Shown one piece after another: positions 29,828-40,048 of a DNA stretch of 64,000 nt. Position 1 is the stretch's first letter, and each line of letters opens with the position of its first letter. The notes under the pieces are model-generated. The model was not told the origin of the DNA, made no database searches, and worked only from the letters and a program-made list of their open reading frames with translations. Position numbers and translations under genes: made by a program. The stretch is from Planctomycetota bacterium (GTDB taxonomy: Bacteria > Planctomycetota > PLA2 > JAEUHO01), in assembly GCA_965222115.1 (NCBI GenBank), contig CBDCTJ010000007.1, positions 736,001 to 800,000 on the forward strand. Direction: 5' to 3'.

Positions 29828-32710
29828 CTACTTCGTTTTGGATGGCAGTATGTATAGACGCTTGAGCAGGGGGTGACGTTCTGCATTCTTCGTCTTGTTT
29901 AGTTCCTCTTCAAACATCTGATAGGTCAAGTGCCAATCTATCGTGCTCGGCCTGCGTGAGGAACTCTGCCGAGGCTTCTTCTTGGGCTCCTCGGCTGTGT
30001 TTAGGAGTTGTTGCGATTCTTGCATGGCCGTTAAGCGAATCAAGTGATGCTTGTCTTGGAGACCACGGAGCAGGCCAAAGCATGCAAGGAGCTGTTTGCT
30101 GCCACCAAGGACGCGGAGTGCGTTGCGGCGTACTATGATTGAAGCCTGCCCCTGCTTGATGACATCAAAGACCGGCGAGCCCGGCTCTTCGACAATCTTC
30201 GAGAGCCAGTGAATGGCTGCGGTGCGCGCAAGGTAGGGCGTGTCATGATCGAGCGCGGCGATAAGTGCTGCGACATTCTCTTTGCTAGGAGCGGATGCTA
30301 GGCACCCCGCAGCAGCGACACCCACAAGTTCGTCCTTGGATTTGAGCATCTCCCGCACCTCGGGTGGACAGTGCTTGAGTGCGGTGAGGGCCAGCAACAC
30401 GTTTCTTCGCGTCGTTGGATCTTCGGTAAGCAAAGCCTCAAGTCGAGGAATGAACGACCTGTGTTTCAGATGCTCCATGGCGGCAATCACGCGTTTACGC
30501 ACCTTGATGTCGTCCGACGTGGATCGTTCCAACAAGCGTGGCGCGACATTCGAAATGTCGAAGTGCTTAAGCGTGGCCTTGACGGCCAAGAATTCCAGCG
30601 AGCTGTCAGTAGCGATCCGCTCAAACGCGCGATCAAGCGCCGATTGCCTCAATGCAAAGAGTTGCTCGCGCGCCAATGGCATAATTATTCGGTTGTCACC
30701 CACTTCCCATTCCGAACAGATAGACCATAGTTTATCGAGATCCCACACGCGCGTGCCGTCGCGTTCCACCTGCCCCTTTGCGTGTACCTGCTTCGTGGCG
30801 TCTTCCTTGGAGATCGAACTCGTGCGCCCGTCGTTGCCCTTCTTTGCCGCTTTGTCACTGTGAATGGCATCGATGCCCGCGCCGTAGGATCCATCGAGCC
30901 ACAACCTGTCGTCACGCGCCGTTTCGGAGTAGATGTCTTTGCCGCCGCCATCGAGCAAAAGGCCAATGCCGCCTGCGTGTCGTGCGGGGCGGGAGGAGCC
31001 TCGTGCGTAGGTGCGCTTGGCCGTGTAGGCGTCGTTGCCTCCCGAGTCAATCAACATGGCGACGGAGTTGGTGAGCGCGCCGCCTTGCGAGCCGCCGGAA
31101 CCGGAATAGTGATCATCGCCTGCGCGATCAACTAAGAACCCCACCGCGAAGTCGTGCGCGCCGCCAACACCTACGCCATTGATGCAGTGGTAGTGATCGT
31201 TCCCCGCACGATCGAGCAACATACCCGCCGACAGGTGGATGCCCGTGCCTTGGCAGTAGTGGGTGCCCACGTAGCTGTCGTGACCGTCGTTGTCGATCAA
31301 GAGACCCAGCGAATACCAGTAAGAGGAACCCTGCCCGTAGATGTCTGTGACATACGTGTCGTTGCCCTTGGCGTCCACCAAAACGCCAATGCCCCCTGAA
31401 GCGAGCGGGCGCATGCCAATGGCGAACCCTTGCGATAGGGCTTGATAGCGATCGCGGTAAAGTGGCGCGTGCACGTGTTTCTTGCCTGCGCTGTATTGAT
31501 CGTTGCCCGCAAGATCCACCAGCACGCCGCAGCCCCAGGTGGAGGCGCAGCCCTGGCCCATAAAGTCGGCGTGGGAGGTATCGTTACCTTCGCGATCGAT
31601 GAAAAAGCCCATACCGAACGCGCCAGCACCCAAACAGAAGTCGCCTCCTTGGTACACATCGTTCCCCGCATCATCAATTAGCGCGGCAACCCCTACGACG
31701 CTCGCCCCCAATGAACAGTTGCGCGCGCGATACACGTCGTCGCCCGCCATATCCCATTGCACGGCGATGCCGCCCAATGCTCCTGCCATGCTCACGTCCG
31801 CTTTGCTGGCGTAGGTATCGTCGCCCGCGAAGTCAATGGCAACGCTCACATGGTCCCCGAGGAGGCCGTTGGCAGCCGCGCCATAGTCGTAGCGGTCGTC
31901 GCCGCCAAAGTCGATCACAACATCGGCGCGCGCGTCGTGGTGATCGTAGCCCGTGCCCCCAATGCGAATCGTGAGTCCATGTTCTTCAAACGCCTGCGAC
32001 GTAGTTGGGAACGCTTCCGGCGGTAGCGCGCGCAGCGCTTTCACCATGTCGTGCGTGGCCTGAGCAATGGCTTGACCGTGCCCCGCGATACGCAATCGTT
32101 TCACCGATTCAATGCGCTTTAGAAAATCGAGGCTTGAAAGCGCACCTTCTTGCTCGTCACTTCCATGACGTTGAAGACTGAGCGCCTTCTTGAGGAGTTG
32201 CTTGTGCGACCCACGGTCTCCTAGGAGTTCGTTGTCGCGAAAGGAGCGCTTGGCCCAGTGGACAGCTTCAAGCAGGTTCTGCCAGGCGACACCCAGTGCC
32301 TTGGGCATGGCCTCGCGTGCTTTGGGGAATTCGACGTCGACGGCCGTCGAAAAATACGTTTTTCGAAGGAGCTGCACGGTGCTCAGCAACATGAGGTCGT
32401 CGAGACTGCCGGTTCGTGCAGTTTCGTCCCACTGCTTGGCCGCTTTGCCAACTGACAAGGGCTTGGAAAGGGCACGCGCTACGACCGGCAATCGAAATCG
32501 GTCGTCGATGGGTTGCTTCTCAAAGCACAAATCCTCACGCGTAGCATTGACCAACGCGAGGCCTTCATCGATTAGCGATTGTTCGTGTTCCGTCCAAAAC
32601 GCCGAGGCGGTCTTGGGCGCGCCATCGTCTTTCGCGACAACCGAACTTGGTATGCCAATCGACGCTACTAGTGCAATGGTAAGCGCCCACGAATGCCGTA
32701 ACGTTCTCAT
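29828..32710 (-). CDS. Secreted protein with tandem (I/V)DxxGxDxY repeats and C-terminal HEAT repeats
   Basis: Signal peptide; more than 10 DxxGxDxY-type repeats in the middle third; helical HEAT-like C-terminus. Confidence 0.75.
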   Translation of the reverse strand: MRTLRHSWALTIALVASIGIPSSVVAKDDGAPKTASAFWTEHEQSLIDEGLALVNATREDLCFEKQPIDDRFRLPVVARALSKPLSVGKAAKQWDETARTGSLDDLMLLSTVQLLRKTYFSTAVDVEFPKAREAMPKALGVAWQNLLEAVHWAKRSFRDNELLGDRGSHKQLLKKALSLQRHGSDEQEGALSSLDFLKRIESVKRLRIAGHGQAIAQATHDMVKALRALPPEAFPTTSQAFEEHGLTIRIGGTGYDHHDARADVVIDFGGDDRYDYGAAANGLLGDHVSVAIDFAGDDTYASKADVSMAGALGGIAVQWDMAGDDVYRARNCSLGASVVGVAALIDDAGNDVYQGGDFCLGAGAFGMGFFIDREGNDTSHADFMGQGCASTWGCGVLVDLAGNDQYSAGKKHVHAPLYRDRYQALSQGFAIGMRPLASGGIGVLVDAKGNDTYVTDIYGQGSSYWYSLGLLIDNDGHDSYVGTHYCQGTGIHLSAGMLLDRAGNDHYHCINGVGVGGAHDFAVGFLVDRAGDDHYSGSGGSQGGALTNSVAMLIDSGGNDAYTAKRTYARGSSRPARHAGGIGLLLDGGGKDIYSETARDDRLWLDGSYGAGIDAIHSDKAAKKGNDGRTSSISKEDATKQVHAKGQVERDGTRVWDLDKLWSICSEWEVGDNRIIMPLAREQLFALRQSALDRAFERIATDSSLEFLAVKATLKHFDISNVAPRLLERSTSDDIKVRKRVIAAMEHLKHRSFIPRLEALLTEDPTTRRNVLLALTALKHCPPEVREMLKSKDELVGVAAAGCLASAPSKENVAALIAALDHDTPYLARTAAIHWLSKIVEEPGSPVFDVIKQGQASIIVRRNALRVLGGSKQLLACFGLLRGLQDKHHLIRLTAMQESQQLLNTAEEPKKKPRQSSSRRPSTIDWHLTYQMFEEELNKTKNAERHPLLKRLYILPSKTK

Positions 32711-32723
32711 GGACGCAGGGTAC

Positions 32724-32754
32724 GCGAAGGACGTGAGGAGGGCACATCCTTCGC
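32724..32754 (-). terminator. Stem-loop downstream of the His-rich lipoprotein gene
   Basis: GCGAAGGACGTG ... CACATCCTTCGC arms with one wobble; no clear U tract. Confidence 0.35.
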
Positions 32755-32770
32755 ACGGTCCTTGCGCGCG

Positions 32771-33277
32771 TTAGTTGTTCTTCGGTAGCGGGAACGAGAC
32801 GGTTTGTTTGGTGCCGTCTTCGCTCTCAATCTCAAGCCACACCTTACTGCCTTCGGGTAGCTTCTCAGCAACTTCAATGTGGCCGTGATAGTTGCCTTTC
32901 TCCATCCCAAGTTTGGCCTTCATGGCACCCTTGGCCGACTTGTCGCCGACCCAGGTACGCACGGCATGTATGTCACCGCCTTTGATGGCGTACTCAAACA
33001 CCGCTTCTTTGCCTGCTTCGATGTGTCCGAGCACGGCGGCCACGATCGACAGTTTCCCTGTCATGGCCTCACCGAGCACGACCCTTTCGCCGTGTTCATG
33101 GTCTTCGCCGTCTTCGTGATCGTGGTCGTCGTGATCGTGCCCATCATGATCGTGATCGCCGTGTTCGTGTTTGTGATCGCCATCGCCGTGGTCGTGATCG
33201 TCATGCTTGTCATTGCCACAGGCCACGAAAGCGACCATGGCAAATGTCATCAAGAGAAACGAAAAGAAGTGTCTCAT
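32771..33277 (-). CDS. His/Asp-rich metal-binding lipoprotein
   Basis: Lipobox FVAC followed by a HDDHDHGDGDHKHEHGDHDH... tract; overlaps the czcA stop. Confidence 0.8.
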   Translation of the reverse strand: MRHFFSFLLMTFAMVAFVACGNDKHDDHDHGDGDHKHEHGDHDHDGHDHDDHDHEDGEDHEHGERVVLGEAMTGKLSIVAAVLGHIEAGKEAVFEYAIKGGDIHAVRTWVGDKSAKGAMKAKLGMEKGNYHGHIEVAEKLPEGSKVWLEIESEDGTKQTVSFPLPKNN

Positions 33278-36200
33278 GCGTCAAAGTCCTCTGCTAGTTG
33301 CCCCGTCGGTGGATCGTTCGGCTCGTATTCGGAGACTCGGGGCAACCGAGAGCTTCCGCGAAACACCAGCGAGTACCCCGCTGGCACGACGATCAAGTTT
33401 AGAAACGTAGATGAAGTCAATCCGCCCAAGACCACGATGGCCAAGGGCGCCAAAAGTTCGCTGCCCGGTTCACCTGCCGCCATGGCGAGTGGCACAAGGC
33501 CAAGTGCCGCCGTAAGCGCGGTCATAAGAATCGGAACCAGCCTTTGCATGGAGCCCAGCAGAATCGCTTCGTCCAGCGACTTGCCCTCTTTATCCATCAA
33601 GTGGCGGTAGTGATTGACGAGCAAAATGCCGTTACGTACCGCGATCCCAAACAGCGTGACGAATCCCACCATGCTGGCAATCGATATGACAGGCGCCTGA
33701 TAGCGACCTGCGCCCGCCATGCCGAATAGCGCTTTGAGGTTCATGAGGGCCGAGTCGGACTCGCTGATGTAGATCGCTGCAATGCCACCGATCAACGCGA
33801 GAGGCAAGTTGATCATCACCAGGATCGCGGCGCGCCCTGACTTGAGCGCCATGCTCAAGAGCAACAACATGAGTACGGCCACGCCCGCGCCCATGACGTA
33901 AATGGTTCGCGACGCGGACTGTTGTGCTTCAAACTGGCCACCATACTCCACGGTGTAGCCGTGGCGCTCCACGATGGGGCTGACTTCCTTTTGAATCGCC
34001 TGTACTAAGTGGCCAAGGTTGTACCCTTCCGCAACATTTGTTGAGATCACCGCTTTGCGTTGCGCGTTTTGACGAGCAATGAGATTGGACGAGCGTTCCA
34101 AGCCAATGTCGGCCACCTCGTGGAGACGCACAAGCGCGCCGCCCGCGCCGCGCAGCAAGATGTTCTTCACGTGTGCCACGGACTCACGCTGCGATGGGTC
34201 GAGTCGAACCACAATATCGAAGATGCGCACGCCTTCGTTGACTACGGCGACTGATTCGCCGTAGACCGCCGCCTTGACCTGCTCGGCAGCATCAACCGGC
34301 GTAATGCCCCAACGCGCGAGGTCCTCTGGACGATAACGAACTGGAAGCGTGTTGATCATGACTTCACGCTGCGCATTGACGTCGCGCGTGCCGGGAATGG
34401 CCTTGAGCTTGCTCTCAATCTCTTTGGCGATGACGCGCAACGTCGCCAAGTCGTTTCCGAATACGTTGATGGCGACGGCCGCGGGCGTGCCCGACATGAC
34501 GTGTGACAAGCGATGCTCAATCGGCTGCCCCACCATGGTGGTAATACCGGGAATGGCGCTCAGCACCTTGTCGATCTCACGCCGCACGTCGTGGCGATCG
34601 TGCCCGGGTTCCACCGTGACCTCAATTTCGCTGCTGCTAACCGGTTCAGCATGTTCATCGCGTTCGGCACGCCCCGTGCGGCGTACTACCGCGCGCACCC
34701 CCGGAATCTCCTTGAGGCGCACATCCACGCCGCACGCCAGCCGATCACTCTCTTCCAGGGACGTCCCGGGCGGCGCCATCAAAAACACGGTGAACGTGCC
34801 TTCGTTGAACTCAGGCAAGAAACTCGTGCCAAAGGTTCCGGCGAATGCCAGGAACGCGCCGGCGATGCCGAGTGCAAGCACCAGCACCAACACGCGAACA
34901 CGCACCGCAACGCGGAGTATCGGTTCATAGATCGCTTTGAGGAAGCGCACCAAGAAACCGTCGCGGTGACCCCTGAGTGCGAGCTTGCCGCGAAAGAGCT
35001 GTTTGCAGAGCGCGGGCGTTACGGTGAGCGCAACGAGCAGCGACGCGAGGATCGACGTGATGTACATGGATCCCAGCGGCCGGAAGAATCGCCCCTCAAG
35101 CCCCTCCAAGAACAACAACGGGATAAAAACCATCACAATAATGATGGTCGCGAACACGACCGAGCTGCGAATCTCATTGCTGGACTCAAACACCACGTCA
35201 TCAAACGCCTCGCGTCTGGTGAGCGGCAATCGGAGGTTCTGTCTGAGTCTTCGGAAAAAGTTCTCCACGTCGATGATGCTGTCGTCCACGATTTCGCCAA
35301 TGGCAATCGCAAGTCCACCGAGCGTCATCACATTGATGGTGCCACCGCGGCCATGAAGTGCGAGTAACGCGACCGCAATGGAGAGGGGAATCGTAATCAG
35401 TGTGATGATCGTCGCTCGGATGTTGAGCAAGAACATGGCGAGGATGATGGCCACAATGATTGCGGCGTCACGACACACCTCAATCACCTTGTCGAGGCTG
35501 CGGTTGATGAAGTCGGACTGGCGCATCACATGCCGGTTGAGTCGCATGTGTTTAGGCAATCCGCTTTCGACTTGGTCGAGTTTGTTGTCGATTGCGCGCG
35601 TCACAGCGAGCGTGTTGGTGCCGGGTGCTTTCTGAATGCCGAGCACCACGGCGGGTTGACCGCCTTGGGCACCCGTGCCGCGTTTGGGGGCACCCGCGCG
35701 GCGCACATCGGCAACCTGTCCAATTGTGACTGGCGCGCCTTCGTGGTACTTGATGACCGTGTTTGCAATGTCGTGTTTGTTGCGCACGCGTCCGGTCTGC
35801 CGAAGCGGGACTTCAAGCCCTTCGACGTTTCGCAAATAGCCCGCGCCTGCCGTGCTGTGTGTTTTTCGGGCGGCTGTAACCACGTCTTCAATTGCAAGCT
35901 CAAAGAGTTGGAGCTTGGTTTGATCTACGTTGATTTGGTACTCGGGCAGATCGCCACCGATGGGCATGACCTGCGAGACGCCCGGTACCGACAGGAGGTG
36001 GTTGCGAAGGTCAAACTCGCCGTAGGCGCGTAAGTCCATGGGACTGATGTGGGGCGTGCCGCTCTCGTCCACGTCGGAACTGAGCGACATGAGCATGATC
36101 TCGCCCGTAATGCTGCCGACGGGCGTGATGATGGCGTGGACGCCTTCCGGCAAGTTCTCGCTGGCAACGGCCAGTCGCTCGGAGACGAGATAACGCGCCG

Positions 36201-36513
36201 TATAGATTTCGGAGTCCCAATCAAACTCCACCCATACCAGCGAAAGGCCGATGGCGCTGCTGCTCCGCACGCGACGAACACCCGGTAGTCCATTGACGCT
36301 GCTTTCAATCGGAAACGTTACAAACTGTTCGACTTCGTCGGCGGCATAGCCCGGGGCTTCCGTCAAGACAACGACCGTGGGGGCGTTGAGTTCGGGAAAC
36401 ACGTCCACCGGCATGGACTTCACTTGATAGATCGCCGCACCCAAAACGAGCGCCGCCACAACGAGCACCAAGCCCGCGTTGTCAATCGAAAAGCGTAGGA
36501 GTTTGGCTAGCAC
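33274..36513 (-). CDS. czcA: Heavy-metal efflux RND permease (CzcA/CusA family)
   Basis: 1079 aa; VDVFPEL, TLGGLAIAIGEIVDDSIIDVEN, GRAERDEHAEP and RLVPILMTAL. Confidence 0.92.
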   Translation of the reverse strand: MLAKLLRFSIDNAGLVLVVAALVLGAAIYQVKSMPVDVFPELNAPTVVVLTEAPGYAADEVEQFVTFPIESSVNGLPGVRRVRSSSAIGLSLVWVEFDWDSEIYTARYLVSERLAVASENLPEGVHAIITPVGSITGEIMLMSLSSDVDESGTPHISPMDLRAYGEFDLRNHLLSVPGVSQVMPIGGDLPEYQINVDQTKLQLFELAIEDVVTAARKTHSTAGAGYLRNVEGLEVPLRQTGRVRNKHDIANTVIKYHEGAPVTIGQVADVRRAGAPKRGTGAQGGQPAVVLGIQKAPGTNTLAVTRAIDNKLDQVESGLPKHMRLNRHVMRQSDFINRSLDKVIEVCRDAAIIVAIILAMFLLNIRATIITLITIPLSIAVALLALHGRGGTINVMTLGGLAIAIGEIVDDSIIDVENFFRRLRQNLRLPLTRREAFDDVVFESSNEIRSSVVFATIIIVMVFIPLLFLEGLEGRFFRPLGSMYITSILASLLVALTVTPALCKQLFRGKLALRGHRDGFLVRFLKAIYEPILRVAVRVRVLVLVLALGIAGAFLAFAGTFGTSFLPEFNEGTFTVFLMAPPGTSLEESDRLACGVDVRLKEIPGVRAVVRRTGRAERDEHAEPVSSSEIEVTVEPGHDRHDVRREIDKVLSAIPGITTMVGQPIEHRLSHVMSGTPAAVAINVFGNDLATLRVIAKEIESKLKAIPGTRDVNAQREVMINTLPVRYRPEDLARWGITPVDAAEQVKAAVYGESVAVVNEGVRIFDIVVRLDPSQRESVAHVKNILLRGAGGALVRLHEVADIGLERSSNLIARQNAQRKAVISTNVAEGYNLGHLVQAIQKEVSPIVERHGYTVEYGGQFEAQQSASRTIYVMGAGVAVLMLLLLSMALKSGRAAILVMINLPLALIGGIAAIYISESDSALMNLKALFGMAGAGRYQAPVISIASMVGFVTLFGIAVRNGILLVNHYRHLMDKEGKSLDEAILLGSMQRLVPILMTALTAALGLVPLAMAAGEPGSELLAPLAIVVLGGLTSSTFLNLIVVPAGYSLVFRGSSRLPRVSEYEPNDPPTGQLAEDFDA

Positions 36514-36530
36514 AGGGAATTCCTACACAG

Positions 36531-38066
36531 TTACTCGTGATCGTCGGCATGCCACGTGCCGTCGGCGTGGAAATGGCCACCGGTTTGTTTTGCGCTTCCG
36601 CTGGCGAGCATGAGTTCGTAGACGCCGTGATGAACGATGTCATCGCCCTCCATGACGCCGCTCTCCACGGTCACCCACTTGCCGTCCGACTGACCGAGAT
36701 CGGCCACCACACGAATCACTTTGTCTTTGTCCTTGGGATCGCGACGGAAGAAGATGCGTTCCAATCCATCACGAATCACGCACGCCGTTGGTATTGCGAG
36801 CGATTCACTGGACGTTCCGCCCAGCACCAATTCCATTTCGGTAGAAACACCAGGCCGCGCCCACGTCGGAAGGTCTCCGGTTGGCACGAGCAGCAAATCG
36901 ATCTTGCGCGTGTGTGGATCGGCATCTAGCGAGATGGTGATGGTTCCCTTCAAGCTCGCTTTCGGCGCGATTGCATTGCCACCGGGCGGTAGGACGCGTG
37001 CCGCTAACCCGTCGGAAATGTCCGCAAGGTCGGCTTGCAAGCTACTGCCTCGAAATCGAAGCTTCGTGCGATTGACCGTCTCAATCACGATGTCGCCCAC
37101 ATCTACCCACGCGCCGTCGGTTGCGCCCAAAGACTCAATCACGCCCGAACGCGTGGCACGCACTTCCGCATCGGTGATCATGCGCCACGTTCGCTGGCCG
37201 TCTTGGGTGCGTGCTTGCAGCGTTGCCACATCAACGCCTAGGAGTGAGGCCGCGCGTTGTAACGCGAGATCGGGCGCCCCTTGTTTGGGCGCCGGCAATG
37301 TGACGTTTTCGTGCGTATGCCCGTCGTGGGATTTGATCGAGATCGCTTTCGCCAGTGCAATGCCGTCGGCATAGAGCAGTGGCGTTGTGGAGCGATAGCC
37401 CTCAAGTTCGGCTTGCAGCGCCAACCGTTCTGTGCTGACTTCGGCGCGTTCCTCATGCACTTTGGCCATCGCCGTGAGTACGGCCGCCAACTGGGCGCGC
37501 GCTTCCGTGCGCGCCGTACTCACGCCGCCTCCCGCCGTAGATAGCGACTTGAGTTGTTTGAGTCGATCCTTCCAGACCTTTTCCTCTTCGAGCAAGCGCG
37601 TGCCATGCTCTTCCACCGCATGCGCGCGTATATCCAGGGCGCGAAGTTTCACCGCGTCGGTTCGAATCCGCTGCACCGTATCGGACAGCGATCGTTGCAC
37701 CTCCCGCCATGTGGGTGAGCGAACCACGAAGAGCACGTCACCCGCCTTCACGGATTGGTACTGCTTCACGTGCAGATCAATGTGGCCCGCCAACCTCGTG
37801 TGATAGGCCCGCCGCGCTTCGGGACGCAACTCAAAACGCCCGGGCACGCGCCGCGTACGTTCAATGTGACGCGAGGTGACCTTGGCGAATGTAACGCCCA
37901 GATTGCGGCGTACCGCTGCGGGTACGTCCACGCGATTCGTAATGGGTTTCTCGGGCTCACTATTCGTGTCTTTGGACGTGCGCGGCGGTGGTGACACATC
38001 TGAACCACATGCGGCGAGCATGAGTACACCTAGAAACATGACACCCAATCGAATAACTGGTTTCAT
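36531..38066 (-). CDS. RND membrane fusion protein (CzcB-like)
   Basis: Lipobox LAAC, barrel-sandwich plus long alpha hairpin, C-terminal GHFHADGTWH. Confidence 0.85.
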   Translation of the reverse strand: MKPVIRLGVMFLGVLMLAACGSDVSPPPRTSKDTNSEPEKPITNRVDVPAAVRRNLGVTFAKVTSRHIERTRRVPGRFELRPEARRAYHTRLAGHIDLHVKQYQSVKAGDVLFVVRSPTWREVQRSLSDTVQRIRTDAVKLRALDIRAHAVEEHGTRLLEEEKVWKDRLKQLKSLSTAGGGVSTARTEARAQLAAVLTAMAKVHEERAEVSTERLALQAELEGYRSTTPLLYADGIALAKAISIKSHDGHTHENVTLPAPKQGAPDLALQRAASLLGVDVATLQARTQDGQRTWRMITDAEVRATRSGVIESLGATDGAWVDVGDIVIETVNRTKLRFRGSSLQADLADISDGLAARVLPPGGNAIAPKASLKGTITISLDADPHTRKIDLLLVPTGDLPTWARPGVSTEMELVLGGTSSESLAIPTACVIRDGLERIFFRRDPKDKDKVIRVVADLGQSDGKWVTVESGVMEGDDIVHHGVYELMLASGSAKQTGGHFHADGTWHADDHE

Positions 38067-38070
38067 TGCA

Positions 38071-39495
38071 TTACCTCGATCTCAACGTGGCGTACGTGGG
38101 CCGTAGGGGTTCGGTCAATGCGCGACGTCTGAGATCGGCTGCTACGTGATCTGCACGTGCGTCCAAGAGTTGTAGTTTCGTATCGAGCACTTTGGCGAGC
38201 GCGTCCGTGAGAATGAGCACATCCATGTCGCCGATCTCTCCGAGCTTCTTCAGTTGCTTGAGCTGTTGATCGGCCAGAGGCGCCACTTCGTTCGAAATCC
38301 ACGTGGCACGTACCGCAGCGGTTTGTGCGTCGGCGTGGGCTTCCGCCAAATCGTGTACAGCTTGTTGATAGCGCGCTTGATAGATCGCGCGAGCGGCGGC
38401 GCGCGTTGCGCACGCCTCCGCAATCGCGCGCTTGTTCTTATTCCAGATTGGTAGGTCAATACCCATGCCGAGGCCCAAGCGGCCAATGCCCTCTTCCGAC
38501 CCCAGCATCGGGCCGAGTTCCAGATCGGGAAAGCGTTTGCTGACTTCGTGTCGAAGCGCGCGATCGGCTTCTACGAACTCGGCCTTGGCCAACAGCACAT
38601 CCACGCTCACGTGTTCGATTTGCGTGCGTTCGGTGGTGGCGTCGCACGTTGCGGGTCGAATCCCCAAATCGGGAACAGCCTGGATAGGCGCTTGGGGCGT
38701 GAGCCCCATCAATCGTTTGAGTCGTAGAAGCTGCCCGCCGGCCTTATGGCGCAGCGCCAAAATTTCGCCTTGACGCGTTTTGGCCTCGAGCTCCAACACG
38801 CGCACTTCGGGAGCGCCGATTTGTTCTGCATCGCGTTGAACCGTGGCGAACTTAACTATCTTGTTCACGCTTTCGCGGTGCGCTTCGATCAAGGCCACGC
38901 GTTCAATGGTCTTACTCCATGCCGCCCACGCCTCGCGCAGCTTCAGCAGCAATTTGCGTTCGGCGACATGAACTTCTCGGATTGCGGTGTTGGCCTTCGC
39001 GAGCGCCTCGAATCGTTCGCCTTCCAGGCGTCCGGCGAGCGGGTAGGTGTAGCTGAGGCCGCCCGCGAGAATCCATGGCGTGTTGATGCCTTCCAAAATC
39101 TGTAGAAGATCAAACTCAAAGCGCGGGTCATCAGGCAGCCCTGCATGACGCGCGCCTGCTTCGGGAATGCGCGCCTTCATACGCGCCGCGCGTAGATCGG
39201 CATTGAGGAACAGGGCAATCGCCTCGGCTTCATCAATGGAAACGCCGTCGGCTACAAGAAATGCAGGAACGCCGATGTGTCCCTGCCCATTCAGTGTGCG
39301 GGCATACTGCAGCGCGCTACCACCGTGAAGTGCCTGTTGGCTCGTTGACTGCCAGCCCGCATCATCGGGCGCTATGTTGGCATCCGGTGCACGATGGATC
39401 GCCGCCGTTTGCCGTGCTGCTTGGCACCCGGTACTTGGCACGATGAATAAAACGAGGCCGCTTATGACCAGAAATCGAACTTGCATGAATGTCAT
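38071..39495 (-). CDS. TolC/CzcC-family outer membrane factor
   Basis: ALFLNADLRAAR, PDLELGP and DLPIWNKN motifs; first of the CBA trio. Confidence 0.85.
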   Translation of the reverse strand: MTFMQVRFLVISGLVLFIVPSTGCQAARQTAAIHRAPDANIAPDDAGWQSTSQQALHGGSALQYARTLNGQGHIGVPAFLVADGVSIDEAEAIALFLNADLRAARMKARIPEAGARHAGLPDDPRFEFDLLQILEGINTPWILAGGLSYTYPLAGRLEGERFEALAKANTAIREVHVAERKLLLKLREAWAAWSKTIERVALIEAHRESVNKIVKFATVQRDAEQIGAPEVRVLELEAKTRQGEILALRHKAGGQLLRLKRLMGLTPQAPIQAVPDLGIRPATCDATTERTQIEHVSVDVLLAKAEFVEADRALRHEVSKRFPDLELGPMLGSEEGIGRLGLGMGIDLPIWNKNKRAIAEACATRAAARAIYQARYQQAVHDLAEAHADAQTAAVRATWISNEVAPLADQQLKQLKKLGEIGDMDVLILTDALAKVLDTKLQLLDARADHVAADLRRRALTEPLRPTYATLRSR

Positions 39496-39552
39496 CCGAC
39501 GCAGAAGAACCCAAGAACCAACCGTGTCCCCATCAAGGGGTTCTTGGATGCG

Positions 39553-40029
39553 TTAGACGATCAATAAATCAAAACGAGCGAGCGGACCCTCGCGCGCAGG
39601 CGGATCACCGCGGCACGACGGAAACGTCGTGCGGCTCTCCTCCCCCATCAGGTCCTTGGCGTTGGGGACCACGATGGATGCAATCGTGAGTGGAAGGATC
39701 AGAGCGGTAACCGTGCCGATCGTGGAAGACTCCACATCGATCAATGTGTGCTCACCCTCGCCGTGAGGATTTGAATGGTCGTGAGGGTTTGAGTGATCGT
39801 CTTCGTGATGGTGCGTGTGACTGTGCACGTCATGTGTGTACGAATGCGCACCTTCGCACTCATGCTCCGCAAACTGAAGCACGGAGAATCGTTCACTCCC
39901 GTGCGACGTGGTACAGGCCACTGCAGGCAATTGCATCATGGCCCACGAGAGGCACAGGAATAGGGTCGCGGCGCGGTTCATCGGAGCCGCGACTATGACA
40001 CAGAGCGTCGGGCAAGGCAAGAACGTCAA
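39553..40029 (-). CDS. His-rich exported protein upstream of czcCBA (CzcI-like position)
   Basis: Hydrophobic N-terminus, HSHTHHHEDDHSNPHDHSNPH tract, RGDPP near the C-terminus. Confidence 0.55.
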   Translation of the reverse strand: MTFLPCPTLCVIVAAPMNRAATLFLCLSWAMMQLPAVACTTSHGSERFSVLQFAEHECEGAHSYTHDVHSHTHHHEDDHSNPHDHSNPHGEGEHTLIDVESSTIGTVTALILPLTIASIVVPNAKDLMGEESRTTFPSCRGDPPAREGPLARFDLLIV

Positions 40030-40048
40030 TCGGGAAGCTGACGGCGGA

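Noticed and set aside
33090-33215. Short tandem GTGATC/GTCGTG repeats as a possible array
   Set aside because: They are His/Asp codons of the minus-strand lipoprotein, with no repeat-spacer structure.
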